A stretch of 63,977 nt of DNA, counting the filler, from Reclinomonas americana ATCC 50394 (taxonomy: Eukaryota), in the NCBI GenBank assembly GCA_048213135.1. It is 16 parts of 11 records of this genome, joined end to end, with 100 filler letters (N's around TTAATTAATTAA, not from the genome) between each part and the next. Parts side by side here need not be neighbours in the genome. Positions count along the whole stretch, not along the records: positions 1 to 4,360 come from PS015861.1; positions 4,461 to 8,912 come from PS015862.1; positions 9,013 to 16,778 come from PS015863.1; 13 more parts are not named here. One strand, written 5' to 3'. Positions 1 through 12,200 of this stretch are shown one piece after another. A program made the translations under genes and the position numbers. Position 1 is the stretch's first letter; each line of letters begins with the position of its first letter. The notes below the pieces were generated by a model, which did not search any database, was not told where the DNA came from, and worked only from the letters and a program-made list of their open reading frames with translations.

Positions 1-600
1 GGGAGAGAGTGGGGGAAGAGAAGGGGGAAGAGAAGGGGGAAAGAAAAGGGGAAAGAAGAAAAGGGGAAGAGAAAGGGAAGGAAGAAGGGAGCGGGAAGAG
101 AAGGGAAAGAGAAGGGGAAGAGAAGGGGGAAGAGAAGGGGGAAGAGAGGGGGGAGGGAGGGAGAGGGAGAGGGAGAAGAAGACGGAAAACAGAAGACTGA
201 CAGTGGAGGAATGGGGAATAGTGGAGGAAGAGTGGAGGAATGGGGAAGAGTGGAGGAAGAGTGGGGGAGAGTGGAGAAAGTAAGAGTGCGGGGAGAGTGG
301 GAGAAGAAGGGGAGAAGAGTGGGCAGAAAGCTGAAAGGAGGGAAAACGGGAAAAAGGGAAAAAGAAGGGGAAAGAGGAGGTGTGGAGAAGAGTGCGGGAA
401 AGGTGGAGAAAGCCGAAGACGGAAGAGTGGGAGAAGGGAGAAGAAAGGGCGGGGGAAGAGAAGGTAAGACGTAATACGGAAATCGGACGGGAGAAGAGTG
501 GGGGAGAGGGAGAAAATGGGGAGACGATAGTTAATTTAGGGGAGAAAGTGAGGGGAAGAGGATGGTGAGGAGAAAGGGGAATAGATGAGGAGTGGAAGAG
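1..600. repeat. Purine-only (G/A) low-complexity tract, intronic
   Basis: Almost exclusively G and A; it follows the donor GTGAGG of the minus-strand exon ending at ~635. Confidence 0.85.
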
Positions 601-634
601 AGGGAATATCAAGCCCTCGTATTGTCCACCTCAC

Positions 635-2321
635 CTCAAGCGTCGCAACTCCATTCGCCCACACCACCCCACCACCACAGTTGCTCCCCGAATTTCCAGT
701 GCCTTGAAGGTTGCTACCTCCTTTGCAGTTGCCAGAGGCACTATTTCCAATCGCATTGACATTCTGCAACACGTGTGCGCTACTTAGCACGGTCGGAAGC
801 CACACCATGACATCCCACTACGTTATCACAAACCTGCATTGCAACAGACGTGGACGAGGCAGATGACGCAAAGAGAGCCCACACAGCTCCACCGCCGGCT
901 TGCCGACCGCCGGTGGCACTAGCAATGGAACAGGCAGTCGATGGGCATTGAACACCACTGGCACTGTTGGTTATCGAGTTGCCCGCAAGGGAAGAGCCTT
1001 GGAAATCGACATGCAACGCGTTTTTGACAAAGATGCCACCGCCGCCCACGTTGGTGAAACCGTCAGCAGAATTTGTATCACCGTTTCCACATTGGAACAC
1101 CGTGTTGTTCGCCCACACGCCACCCACATCCGACAAAGTGGCCGACGTTGGGTCGGTCACATACACAGCACCGCCGCCAACGTTGCTGTTGGTGAGGTTC
1201 ATCGCCGTGTTGTTGACGAAATGGGTGCCGACTGTGTTGACGATCACCCCACCCGTTCCCGACACAAACACGGCACCACCACCCGCATTGCCTGACGACG
1301 TCGTCGTGTTGCCCGATCCGACAACCGAGTTGCTGGAGAACACGCTGTTTTGGAGGGAAACAGTGGCACCGGCGGCGATGTTGACCAACGACATGGCGGC
1401 TCCAGAGGCATCGTCACCGACCTTGGTGCAAGCGTGCCACGCCGAGCTTGTGACTTGAATGACCGAGAAGGGACCGGAGGCGAGCACGGCAGAGGACATC
1501 GTGCCACGTGCAGCAGCGCGATGGTCCATAAACAGTGTGTTGGTGATGGCGAGGGAGGCGGTGGAGGTGGCGGGTAGGGCAGTGGCATCCAGCCGCAGGG
1601 CGCCCGCCGTGGAGCCAGTGAACAAGCAGGAAGAGATGATGACTTGCGGCGACACGGTGGTGGCCAGGGCGCTCCACGAAACCGCCGGCTGACCGCCCGT
1701 CACAGTGAGGCCGGTCATCTCGAAACGCGGTGAGTCCTGGACGAGGATGGGAAACGCTGATGCTTGCAAGATGGGCGACGACGATGGCGATGTGGACTGG
1801 AGAGTGATGTTGCGACCTGCAAAATGGTGGTGTTAGATTCTTTGTTACCTGCCCGTCCCTTCATCTCCATACCCATGTAGTGTGGCTCTACAAGCTGTTC
1901 TCTGCCCCTTGTTCTCTTGGCTCCTAACCCTTGCTCTGTTGCTTGACCCGTCATCCGATCACCAGGGTACACACCTTGTGACCGGCATTGACGAAAGTCG
2001 AGAAGGGACCAACAGTGGTCGAAAGTGAGAGCGACACATATTCAAAGGTGGTGGTATCAACCAATAGGAGTCTCGAGTGTGCCTTCCAGGAGTTCAGACA
2101 CAATGTGTGCATGTGCGTGTGTGCATCATGTGCGCATGTATGCGTGTCTTTCTAATTCGCGTATCTCTTGGTTGCCAGTCACGCTGCTGTCTCATTTCGA
2201 GCGCGCACTTTCTCATTCTCTCGCTCTCTCTCTCTCTCTTCTCTCTCTTGTGTGCGGCTATGTGTGCGGGTGAGAGAGAGGGAGAGAATGAGCGGAGAGT
2301 GACAGGCGTCAAAGGAACACA

Positions 2322-2359
<38 letters not shown>

Positions 2360-2392
2360 ACGAAGAGAAAGAGCGCGCAGGCGTCAAAGGAA

Positions 2393-2425
<33 letters not shown>

Positions 2426-2895
2426 CTCGAGAGAACGAAGAGAAAGAGCGCGCTCGAAAAACGAGACAGCAGAGTGACCGGAAACAAAAAAAGGAGAAAG
2501 ACACGCATATGCACATACACATACACGCACAGAGAAAAAGAGAGAGAAGGAGACCGAGAGAGAGAAAGAGAGACAGGAGCGCTTGCATCTGGGCATACTT
2601 ACCACCAAGGGAGAGAGGCTCAGTCAAGACAAACGTGTCCGCGGAGAACAGAACTTGCAGACCCCACTCGGTTGATGTGGCTGGATAACCACGCTGAGTA
2701 CACGATGCAGTGATCTGGCTGAGGGCGCAGGGGGTGGTGGTATCACCACAAGGTGTAGTTGAGGAACCGGCGGCCGCGACATTCACTGGCGGACATGAGA
2801 GTATTGATGAGCCACATTGACACACATACAAACACAGATCACTGCGTCACACATCCACACATGCACATATGCACACCCTGAGAGAGTCAGAGAGC

Positions 2896-2932
<37 letters not shown>

Positions 2933-2947
2933 GAGAGAGAGAGAGAG

Positions 2948-2981
<34 letters not shown>

Positions 2982-3007
2982 CGAGAGAGAGAGAGAGAGA
3001 GAGAGAC

Positions 3008-3049
<42 letters not shown>

Positions 3050-3884
3050 GACGAGAGAGAGAGACGANNNNNNNNNNNNNNNNNNNNNNNNNNNNNNNNN
3101 NNNNNNNNNNNNNNNNNNNNNNNNNNNNNNNNNNNNNNNNNNNNNNNNNNNNNNNNNNNNNNNNNNNNNNNNNNNNNNNNNNNNNNNNNNNNNNNNNNNN
3201 NNNNNNNNNNNNNNNNNNNNNNNNNNNNNNNNNNNNNNNNNNNNNNNNNNNNNNNNNNNNNNNNNNNNNNNNNNNNNNNNNNNNNNNNNNNNNNNNNNNN
3301 NNNNNNNNNNNNNNNNNNNNNNNNNNNNNNNNNNNNNNNNNNNNNNNNNNNNNNNNNNNNNNNNNNNNNNNNNNNNNNNNNNNNNNNNNNNNNNNNNNNN
3401 NNNNNNNNNNNNNNNNNNNNNNNNNNNNNNNNNNNNNNNNNNNNNNNNNNNNNNNNNNNNNNNNNNNNNNNNNNNNNNNNNNNNNNNNNNNNNNNNNNNN
3501 NNNNNNNNNNNNNNNNNNNNNNNNNNNNNNNNNNNNNNNNNNNNNNNNNNNNNNNNNNNNNNNNNNNNNNNNNNNNNNNNNNNNNNNNNNNNNNNNNNNN
3601 NAGAGAGAGAGAGAGAGTGAGCACGCACATGCACATTTGTACACACCTGTACAAAGAGACGATGGAGGCGATGCCGTTGAGAAGAATGCGCGCTCAGTCG
3701 TACGCAGAGGAGGGGCGCGAACAGTGTCATGGCGAACGACGGAAGACTGGGCAAATATTTCTGAATTTGGAGCGGACATGTCGTGCGTCCCTTGCTCTCC
3801 ATTCGCCCTCGGTGGCAGAGACGCGAGAGAGAGCAGCAGCACGACCACCACACATGCCGACACGGTGCGGCGGAGGTTCCGCAT
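635..3884 (-). CDS. Secreted right-handed beta-helix protein with GGA(I/V)/FxxN (polymorphic membrane protein-like) repeats; multi-exon, 3' end lies outside the window
   Basis: ATG at 3884 gives a signal peptide MRNLRRTVSACVVVVLLLSLASLPPRANG. Exons ~3884-3647, 2785-2603, 1816-834 and ~763-635 join in frame via GT-AG introns. Repeated FxxN...GGGAVFV/GGGAVYV/GGGGIFV/GGGAVWA motifs. Confidence 0.75.
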
Positions 3885-5209
3885 CGCGCGAAAAGATGCA
3901 GACGATTGCTCAGTTTTGGCCTCGTCTGCACACATGCACACACATTCTGAGATTCAAGAGCACGTGCAAATGGTGAGCATTATATCGCCGCACCACCAGT
4001 CACGCTTTGAAACACACGGCGCGCGCTGTGTGAGTGTGAGTGTACGTCCTGCAGCACAAGGACGATAATTTCCGAGTAGGCGCTGGGAGCACTCAAACAC
4101 GCCGCTCCTGATACTTTCGTACGTGCATCATGCATGCCATGATATGGCTGAGAGCACCAGTCAAACGGAGTGCAGATCACCGGAACTGCAGAGACCGACG
4201 TTCTGAAGGAGAGGCGGAAAGAGGAAGAGAGAGAGAGAGAGAGAGAAGGGAGAGAGAGAGAGAGACGGAGAGAGAGACGGAGAGAGAGAGAGGAGAGGAG
4301 AGGAGAGGAGAGGAGAGGAGAGGAGAGGAGAGGAGAGGAGAGGAGAGGAGAGGAGAGGAGNNNNNNNNNNNNNNNNNNNNNNNNNNNNNNNNNNNNNNNN
4401 NNNNTTAATTAATTAANNNNNNNNNNNNNNNNNNNNNNNNNNNNNNNNNNNNNNNNNNNNACGAACTTGTCGTGCCACGCACGTGCATCTCGACGCCATC
4501 GCGCGGCAGGCAGACATTCTCGGCCTCCTCTCCGTCGCTGTCTGCAAAGAGCACACGGAAGCCGAGTGATTCGCAAAGGGCGATGGAGGCACGGGGAGCA
4601 CGTCGGAAGGGAAGAGAGGCAAGAGAGAGTGTGTGCAGGACACTTTGCTTACTTCTCTTCCGCAATCATGTGCGCGGTGGTTGGCTTCATCGGCATTGGC
4701 GAAATGATGTGTGTGTGCGTGGTGCTGTGGTGGGAGCGTATGCATGTGGCTCACGTTGTGGTGGTGAATAGGGGGCACCGCTGGCGGGGAGAAATGGGAG
4801 AGGTTGTTGTTTTGGAATCGGGCGAAGGAGAAGCCGGCGGTGAGGGGAAGAAGGGGAAGGGTGGAGAGGAGAAGGAGGGGGGAAAGGGGAGAACGGAGAG
4901 AGAGAGAATGCACACATGTTATGTGTGTGTGAGAGAGTGAAAGTGTGGAAGCAGGTGTGTGAAAACAATGGCCTCTCTTTGTGTGCGGGGAGAGCAGATG
5001 TATACGTCGCATTACTTTCCAGCTTGCTTGTGTTGATGAGAAGGGAAAGAGTGACTATCGTGATTTTCCGACGAAGAAGGCGCAGACCAAGAAGCAAGAG
5101 AGCGCAGTGTGCACAAGTCCACGCAGCAGAGAAGAGAATGCCCGTGGTGTGTCAAGAATGCAAGTAGAGACAGCAAGAGAGCAGGGGAGTGAGTCTGTGA
5201 GTGTGGTGA

Positions 5210-5210
<1 letters not shown>

Positions 5211-5246
<36 letters not shown>

Positions 5247-5247
5247 G
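5211..5247 (+). repeat. (TGAGGG)n short tandem array, G-quadruplex-capable
   Basis: About six consecutive TGAGGG units read directly. Confidence 0.85.
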
Positions 5248-5609
5248 ATTTAGGGAAAGGGATGGTGCGTGAGAAATTTTGATGAGTGCGTGTTTTTTGG
5301 GGGGGAGGGGGGAGAGGAAGACTAAGCATTTGAGACTTGTTTCTCTCATACTTATTTCTTCTTTTAGAACGCGGTGCTGAGCTTGTTGATTCTCCCCGTG
5401 AATTTGCCTCAGTTGGTACATTGTCATTACTTGGTCACTCCCGATGTCGCGCTCTCTGATGGTGTGCTTGGCGAGAATGTTGCGTGCTGACTTTGGTTTC
5501 AGACCAGCGAGTGGCTCACCTCTTTGTTTTTGCAGAGCTTGCTTCATGGAGCACGTGCGAACTTTATTCATGTTGACATGAGCACTGGTGTATTAATGCG
5601 AGTTGATGA

Positions 5610-6450
5610 CCTCTCTCAGTCTCTCTCAGTCTCTCTCTCACTCTCTCTCTCAGTCTTTCTCTCAGTCTCTCTCTCAGTCTCTCTCTCAGTCTCTCTCTCT
5701 CTCTCAGTCTCTCTCTCTCTCNNNNNNNNNNNNNNNNNNNNNNNNNNNNNNNNNNNNNNNNNNNNNNNNNNNNNNNNNNNNNNNNNNNNNNNNNNNNNNN
5801 NNNNNNNNNNNNNNNNNNNNNNNNNNNNNNNNNNNNNNNNNNNNNNNNNNNNNNNNNNNNNNNNNNNNNNNNNNNNNNNNNNNNNNNNNNNNNNNNNNNN
5901 NNNNNNNNNNNNNNNNNNNNNNNNNNNNNNNNNNNNNNNNNNNNNNNNNNNNNNNNNNNNNNNNNNNNNNNNNNNNNNNNNNNNNNNNNNNNNNNNNNNN
6001 NNNNNNNNNNNNNNNNNNNNNNNNNNNNNNNNNNNNNNNNNNNNNNNNNNNNNNNNNNNNNNNNNNNNNNNNNNNNNNNNNNNNNNNNNNNNNNNNNNNN
6101 NNNNNNNNNNNNNNNNNNNNNNNNNNNNNNNNNNNNNNNNNNNNNNNNNNNNNNNNNNNNNNNNNNNNNNNNNNNNNNNNNNNNNNNNNNNNNNNNNNNN
6201 NNNNNNNNNNNNNNNNNNNNNNNCTCTCTCTCGTCTCTTCTCAGTCTCTCTCTCAGTCTCTCTCTCAGTCTCTCTCAGTCTCTCTCTCAGTCTCTGTCTC
6301 TCTCAGTCTCTCTCTCTCTCTCAGTCTCTGTCTCTCTCAGTCTCTGTCTCTCTCAGTCTCTGTCTCTCTCAGTCTCTCAGTCTCTCTCAATCTCTCTCAA
6401 TCTCTCTCAATCTCTCTCAGTTTCCCTCATTCTCTCAGTCTCTCTCTCCC
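5610..6450 (+). repeat. Interrupted microsatellite (CTCTCTCAGT)n, spans an N gap
   Basis: Direct reading of CT dinucleotide runs punctuated by CAGT. Confidence 0.9.
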
Positions 6451-6775
6451 GTTCCCTCTCTTCCGTACGTGCCTTTTTTTGCGGAGCAAGCATCGCTGAA
6501 TGTGTTTCTATGTATCAGATCTTCGTCTGCAGTCACTGCCGTCGTGGACATCCCACGCGCGTGTTGCACTCTGCTTCTCTCATCTCCTTGTTCCATATTC
6601 CTCCTCTGTCTCTCCCTCTCAATCTTGGTTGCCTCACCATCTCTCACGCTCAGATTCCACTCTCTCTCTCTCAGTCTCTCAGTCTCTCTCCCTCTTGTCT
6701 CCTTCTTCTCCCTTCCTTTCCCCTCTTTCTGCGCTGACTCCGAGCTCCTCAGTATCGCCGACCACCTCCAAGTCC

Positions 6776-7113
6776 ATGGCGGATTCGTACAACGCAATGG
6801 GTGTGGGTGCACGATACTTCTCCTTGCCCGTGTTTGGGAGGCCAGAGGCCGCCGCCTCCAAGATGCTGGCCACCTTCACCTCGGTACGTACGTGCTCAAG
6901 TGTTCGCTGCTGATATGTTGATATCTGACGAGGCGTGCAGGGTCCACTCGAGATGTTTTGAGACGGTGAAGCCATTCTGGCTGCATTCGCACTCGTGTCG
7001 CAGTTGTGGGCGAGGTGAGTGGGTGAGGGATTGATGGAAGGCTCATGGTGTCGGTACGAGCTTTCCAACATCGTCAAGCTGACTGGCAATTACATGATCA
7101 TTGGGTCCATGTA
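6776..7113 (+). pseudogene. Probable decayed coding sequence, weakly resembling an RPA70-type (DUF223-like) OB fold
   Basis: Exon MADSYNAM...LATFTS, intron GTACGT..GCAG, then GPLEMF*DGEAILAAFALVSQLWAR*VGEGLMEGSWCRYELSNIV with two in-frame TGA codons. The OB-fold resemblance is by eye only. Confidence 0.3.
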
Positions 7114-8136
7114 AGTGATTTCGGAAGGTGAGACTGTCAATCGAACCCTTTGCCTTTGCTGTCACCTTTTTTCTCCTACTCTTGCTTCGCTCTTCATGTG
7201 CCTTGCCCTTGCCATCGCGCTCACATGTTGACGTCGCACACATCCGTGACAATGATCTGTCGCCTTTTTCTCTTTCTGCTCACCATCACACTCCCTTGTC
7301 GCGCCCACATCCACCATCTTGGTCGGTTCCTTTTGCTTCTATGTTCCAGAACCCGCTCTGCCCTTGCCGTCACACTCGTCACACCTGTCGCCTTTCTCTC
7401 TCTCTGCTCCCATGTATACTATCCATTCCATCCCACATGTCGCCTTTCCTCTTGATGCGCTTCGTGTCATCGCACTTTCTTCTTCCCTTCACACAGCCAT
7501 GACCATGGCCGACGCCAATGGCCTCCATCGCGCTTCGATCATTGACACGGTGTTCACTGCGCCGGTGTTCCAGGGCTAGGCGGGGCGCATGACGCGGGAT
7601 CAGTTCAAGCCTCGTGTGGAGTGGTGATGGACGAGGAGTGCTGATTTCCCGTTGTGAAGTGCGGGGTTTGTGGCGCCCTGGGGTTGAAGGACGCGCGGTT
7701 GGTGAAGGAGTTGGAGGAGTAGGGGCGTGGAATATGGAGAAGTCAAGGCAGTGAGCAAGGGAGAAGAGTGGGGTAATGGAGAAGTGAGTTCGCTTCCTGT
7801 TTGCTGCGCAGTCAGATCCTGAGTTGGATTGGTCGGCAATCATCATGCAAGTGCGCGAATCGGTTGGTATTCCACCGATGGCTGAGGAGCTGCTACCGCG
7901 TTAGTGGGAGTGGGATGTTGATGGACGAGAATGAAGATCGCTCGTTGCGATGAAGTGAACGACTGAGGAAACAGTTTACTTTGTCATGAGACGGGGTACG
8001 AAGCAAGGAAGGAACATAAAGTTGCACTATGCGCGTGAACCCAAGGCAATCACAGTGCAATGAGGGCAACATATGGGAAGTGGGGTGATGCTGATATTCA
8101 CAATCCAGACCACCCGGTGCAATGGAAATTATTTAT

Positions 8137-8912
8137 GAGAAAGACTGAGAGAGACTGAGAGAGACTAGTACTGAGAGAGATTGGGAGACTGAGAGAGACT
8201 GAGAGAGACAGAGACTGAGAGAGAAGGAGAGATACTGAGAGAGAGACTGAGAGAGAGGCTGAGAGAGAGACTGAGAGAGAAACTGAGAGAGACTGAGAGA
8301 GAGAGACTGACTGAGAGAGACTGAGAGAGAGAGAGAGACTGAGAGAGAGACTGAGAGAGAGACTGAGAGACAGACTGAGAGAGAGACTGAGAGAAAGACT
8401 GAGAGAGAGACTGAGAGACTGAGAGAGAGAGGCTGAGAGAGAGATTGAGAGACTGAGAGAGAGAGAGAGAGACAGAGAAAGAGATTGAGAGAGAGATTGA
8501 GAGAGAGAGAGAGACTGAGAGAGACAGAGAGAGAGACTCAGAGAGAGAGACTGAGAGAGAGACTGAGAAAGGGAGAGAGAAACTGAGAAAGAGACTGAGA
8601 GAGAGAGAGAGAGAGACTGAGAGAGAGACTGAGAGAGAGACTGAGAGAGACTGAGAGAGAGACTGAGAGAGAGACTGAGAGAGACTGAGAGAGACTAAGC
8701 GAGAGAGACAAAGAGAGACTAAGCGAGAGAGACAAAGAGAGACTGAGAGAGAGACTGAGAGAAAAGAGAGAGAGGGAGACTGAGAGAGACTGAGAGAGAC
8801 TGAGAGAGACTGAGAGAAACTAAGCGAGAGAGACAAAGAGAGACTGAGAGAGAGACTGAGAGAAAAGAGAGAGAGGGAGACTGAGAGAGACTGAGAGAGA
8901 CTGAGAGAGACT
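8137..8912 (+). repeat. Interrupted microsatellite (ACTGAGAGAG)n, reverse complement of the 5610-6450 array
   Basis: Direct reading. Confidence 0.9.
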
Positions 8913-9213
8913 NNNNNNNNNNNNNNNNNNNNNNNNNNNNNNNNNNNNNNNNNNNNTTAATTAATTAANNNNNNNNNNNNNNNNNNNNNNNNNNNNNNNN
9001 NNNNNNNNNNNNGAGAGAGAGAGAGAGAGATAAGAGAGAGAGAGAGAGAGAGAGAAAGGGATGAGAGAGAGAGCAAGAGATGAGAGAGAGCAAGAGATGA
9101 GCTGCTTGTCGGGCATTTCATCGTGTCCTTGTCGCGAACGCCATCACCTCGAGCTCTTGGAGTCTCGTGCTCTCCTCCCGCTCTCCTCACCATTCATGGC
9201 CTCTTTCGCTCAG

Positions 9214-12200
9214 TTCCACCCACCGCCATTCGCGCCAACTGCGCATTGGCGGCCATCGCCTCGCCCTTCGCGGCGGTGGCTGCGGAGCCTCGCGCCCTGT
9301 CCACTCTGCCGATGTGCCACCGGCCTTGAACTACGCTGTGCCACCTGTTTCCGTCCAACCCGTGGCGGCGGCGATTGTGGAACCAGCAGTGGCACCAGCA
9401 GTCTCTCGCATGTCGCCTCTGCAGGTAAAGATTCAAGCTCTTCACGAGGCCAACACCATGAAGACCGTGCTCGAGCTCCCGCTGGCCAACGATCCGAGCA
9501 ACCTCTCCACCCTGGAATGCCTCGTTTCGTTGAATTTGGGAAGGAAAGAATGTGGGTGAAGCCTCTCGTCTGACACGCTCTCCTCCCCCAGGTTCCTCTG
9601 TGGGCCAACCAGACCACAGCTGAGGCTGACTCGGCGGGCGGTCGTGCCACTGCGCAGCTGGCCGACGACATGTTGGTCAAGTTTGTCAGTCGCGAGAAGC
9701 CTACGGATAAGGTACGGCGGTGGACGCTCAGAATGCGCAGGCCTCTTCTGCGTCTTTCTCCATTCTTAACGTACCTTTTCCTCTGTTTTCATCTTCATCG
9801 CTCCCTCTTTCATGTGCCCTCATTTGCAGTTTCTCTCTCTCTCTCTTTTCGTCGCCCATCTCTTTCCAGTTCCTATTTTCTCTCCCTCTCTACTCTCTTC
9901 TATCTCTTATCTCAGTCTCTTCTCTCCCTTTATCTTTCTCTCCTTATTTTCTCTCATTTCTCTCACCTCCCTCTCTTCTCCCTTCTCTCTCCCTTCTCTC
10001 TCACTATCTCTTTCTCTCTCCATTCTCTTCTCCTTCTCTCTCCCTTCTCTCTCCCTTCTCTCTCCCTTCTCTCTCCCTTTTCTCTCCCTTTTCTCTCCCT
10101 TCTCTCTCTCTCTTCTCTCCCCACTCTCTCCCTTCTTTCCCCCTTATCTCTCCCTTCTTTCCCCCTTATCTCTCCCTTCTCTCTCCCTTCTCTCTCTCTT
10201 CTCTCTCCTCTTTCCCCTTACTCTCTCCTTCTCTCTCCTCTCTCTCCTTCTCTCTCCTTCTCTCTCCTTCTCTCTCCTTCTCGTCTCCTTACTGTCTCTT
10301 CTCTTCCNNNNNNNNNNNNNNNNNNNNNNNNNNNNNNNNNNNNNNNNNNNNNNNNNNNNNNNNNNNNNNNNNNNNNNNNNNNNNNNNNNNNNNNNNNNNN
10401 NNNNNNNNNNNNNNNNNNNNNNNNNNNNNNNNNNNNNNNNNNNNNNNNNNNNNNNNNNNNNNNNNNNNNNNNNNNNNNNNNNNNNNNNNNNNNNCTTCGA
10501 CGCATCGGCACCGTTGTGCTGGTGCTCGACGGAGTATGACGAGTGCAGTAAAGCTGCTGTACGGCCAAAGGCGGGATGTACGGTACAGCAGCTTCTTTCC
10601 CCCTTACTCTCTCCCTTCTCTCTCCCTTCTCTCTCTCTTCTCTCTCCCTTCTTTCCCCCTTACTCTCTCCCTTCTCTCTCCCTTCTCTCTCCCTTCTCTC
10701 TCCCTTCTCTCTCCCTTCTCTCTCCCTTCTCTCTCCCTTCTCTTCTCCTTCTCTCTCCCTTGTCTCTCGGTTGTCTCTCCCTTTCTCTCCCTTTTCTCTC
10801 CCTTTTCTCTCCCTTTTCTCTCCCTTCTCTCTCCTCTTCTCTCTCCTCTTCTCTCCCTTCTCTCTCCCTTCTCTCTCCCATTTCTCTCTCCCTATCTCCT
10901 TCTCTCTATCTCTGTTGTTTGCTCCACCTTTCCCTTCTCCCTTCACCCACATCTCTGTCTCTCTTTGTCGTTGGTCGTTTCCTCACCGCCTACTTGTGCC
11001 CCGTTCCACTGTCTTTGATTGCACATGTCTGTCGCTGATCTCGCCTGCGTCCTTCTCATGTACTGCGCTTCAGCTAATGCGTGGACTCTCTTCCAGTCAA
11101 CACCTATGCTGTCTGTGACCTTCCTCTCCAAGTTGTGGGCATGTTTGATGTTTGCATCCTCGTGCGACACTGTGCAATTCCCTTGTGCGCGATGTGTCGT
11201 TCGTCCTCTTCGTCGCTCAGCACTCGCTGGCCATTGTGTGCTTCGCTGAATCACTGCCTTACGGAATGTATGTGTGATCAGGTGCTGGTGGTCGCTGGAT
11301 GGTCGGGCGGTGGCAAGTCCGTGCTGCTGCGCCAGCTCACCACTCGCCTGCATGCGCGCAACGACACGCTGGTGTTGTCGGCTCGTCTTCCCGCCATTCC
11401 TCGTGAAGAAGTGCTGCGCAAGCCCGGAGCGCTGCTGCCTTACCTTCTGCACGAGGCCAACGAGGCCGTGGATGACACGAAGTTGCAGGTGACAGAGGAT
11501 GAGGTGAGTATGTTTGTGGTTGGTTGGCATTCAGATTCGTGGTGGTTTGTGTGGAGCTGGGAGCATGATGTTGAATCTCGAGAAGTTTGCTTGCATGTAT
11601 GTGTCCCTGCACATGCATCTTTCTCTCTCTGTCTACTCACGCATTTCACTTCCTAGTTTTCTCACTCGACATCCAGTCTCCTTTGCTCCTTATCTCTCTA
11701 TGTGGAGTCATCTACCTTGCTCTTTCCCGGATACCGTCACTTTTGCACATTGTTTTTCTATTGTGACTGTGCATGCTCCACCGCTCTCCCCATTTTCTCT
11801 TTGTCTCGCTTTAGGTTGCTCGGTCTCGTTCTCTTTCACATTTTTATCTCTCCCAAAGGTACTGTTTCTGGTCGCTGTGTCCTTTCTCTCCTCCTCTGTT
11901 GAGAATACACTTTCTCTCACTCAGTCTTCTTTCCCCAATGCGCTCCTCTATCGTTCTTGCAAGCATCCCCCTCTCTCATAGTTGCTCTCTCTCCCAGTCT
12001 CTCCCAGTCTCTCTTTCAGTCTCTCTCTCTTTCTCCGTCTCTTTCTCTCTCTCGGCCTCTCTTTCTCAGTCTCACTCTCTCCGTCTTTTTCTCTCTTATG
12101 GTGCGTCTCTCTCTCCCTCCGCCACCACTCGCTTTCTCACTATTTCTGTCAGCGTGTATCTCTTCACATTGATGGTTTCTATGCACGCTCTGTTCCCACT

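Noticed and set aside
6801..7014. FYVE-like reading (WVHD...HSCRSCGR) in an alternative frame
   Set aside because: No ATG, wrong Cys spacing, no basic R(R/K)HHCR patch and no downstream zinc ligands.
6941..7113. In-frame TGA codons as evidence of stop-codon reassignment or selenocysteine
   Set aside because: Conserved genes here (msrA, iscU, ARM, LIN9, sppA) terminate at TGA and use TGG for Trp, and msrA has TGC at its catalytic site. Pseudogenisation is simpler.
2077..11118. Long ORF-track entries rich in ER/SL repeats or X runs
   Set aside because: Translations of GA/CT microsatellites and N gaps, not genes.
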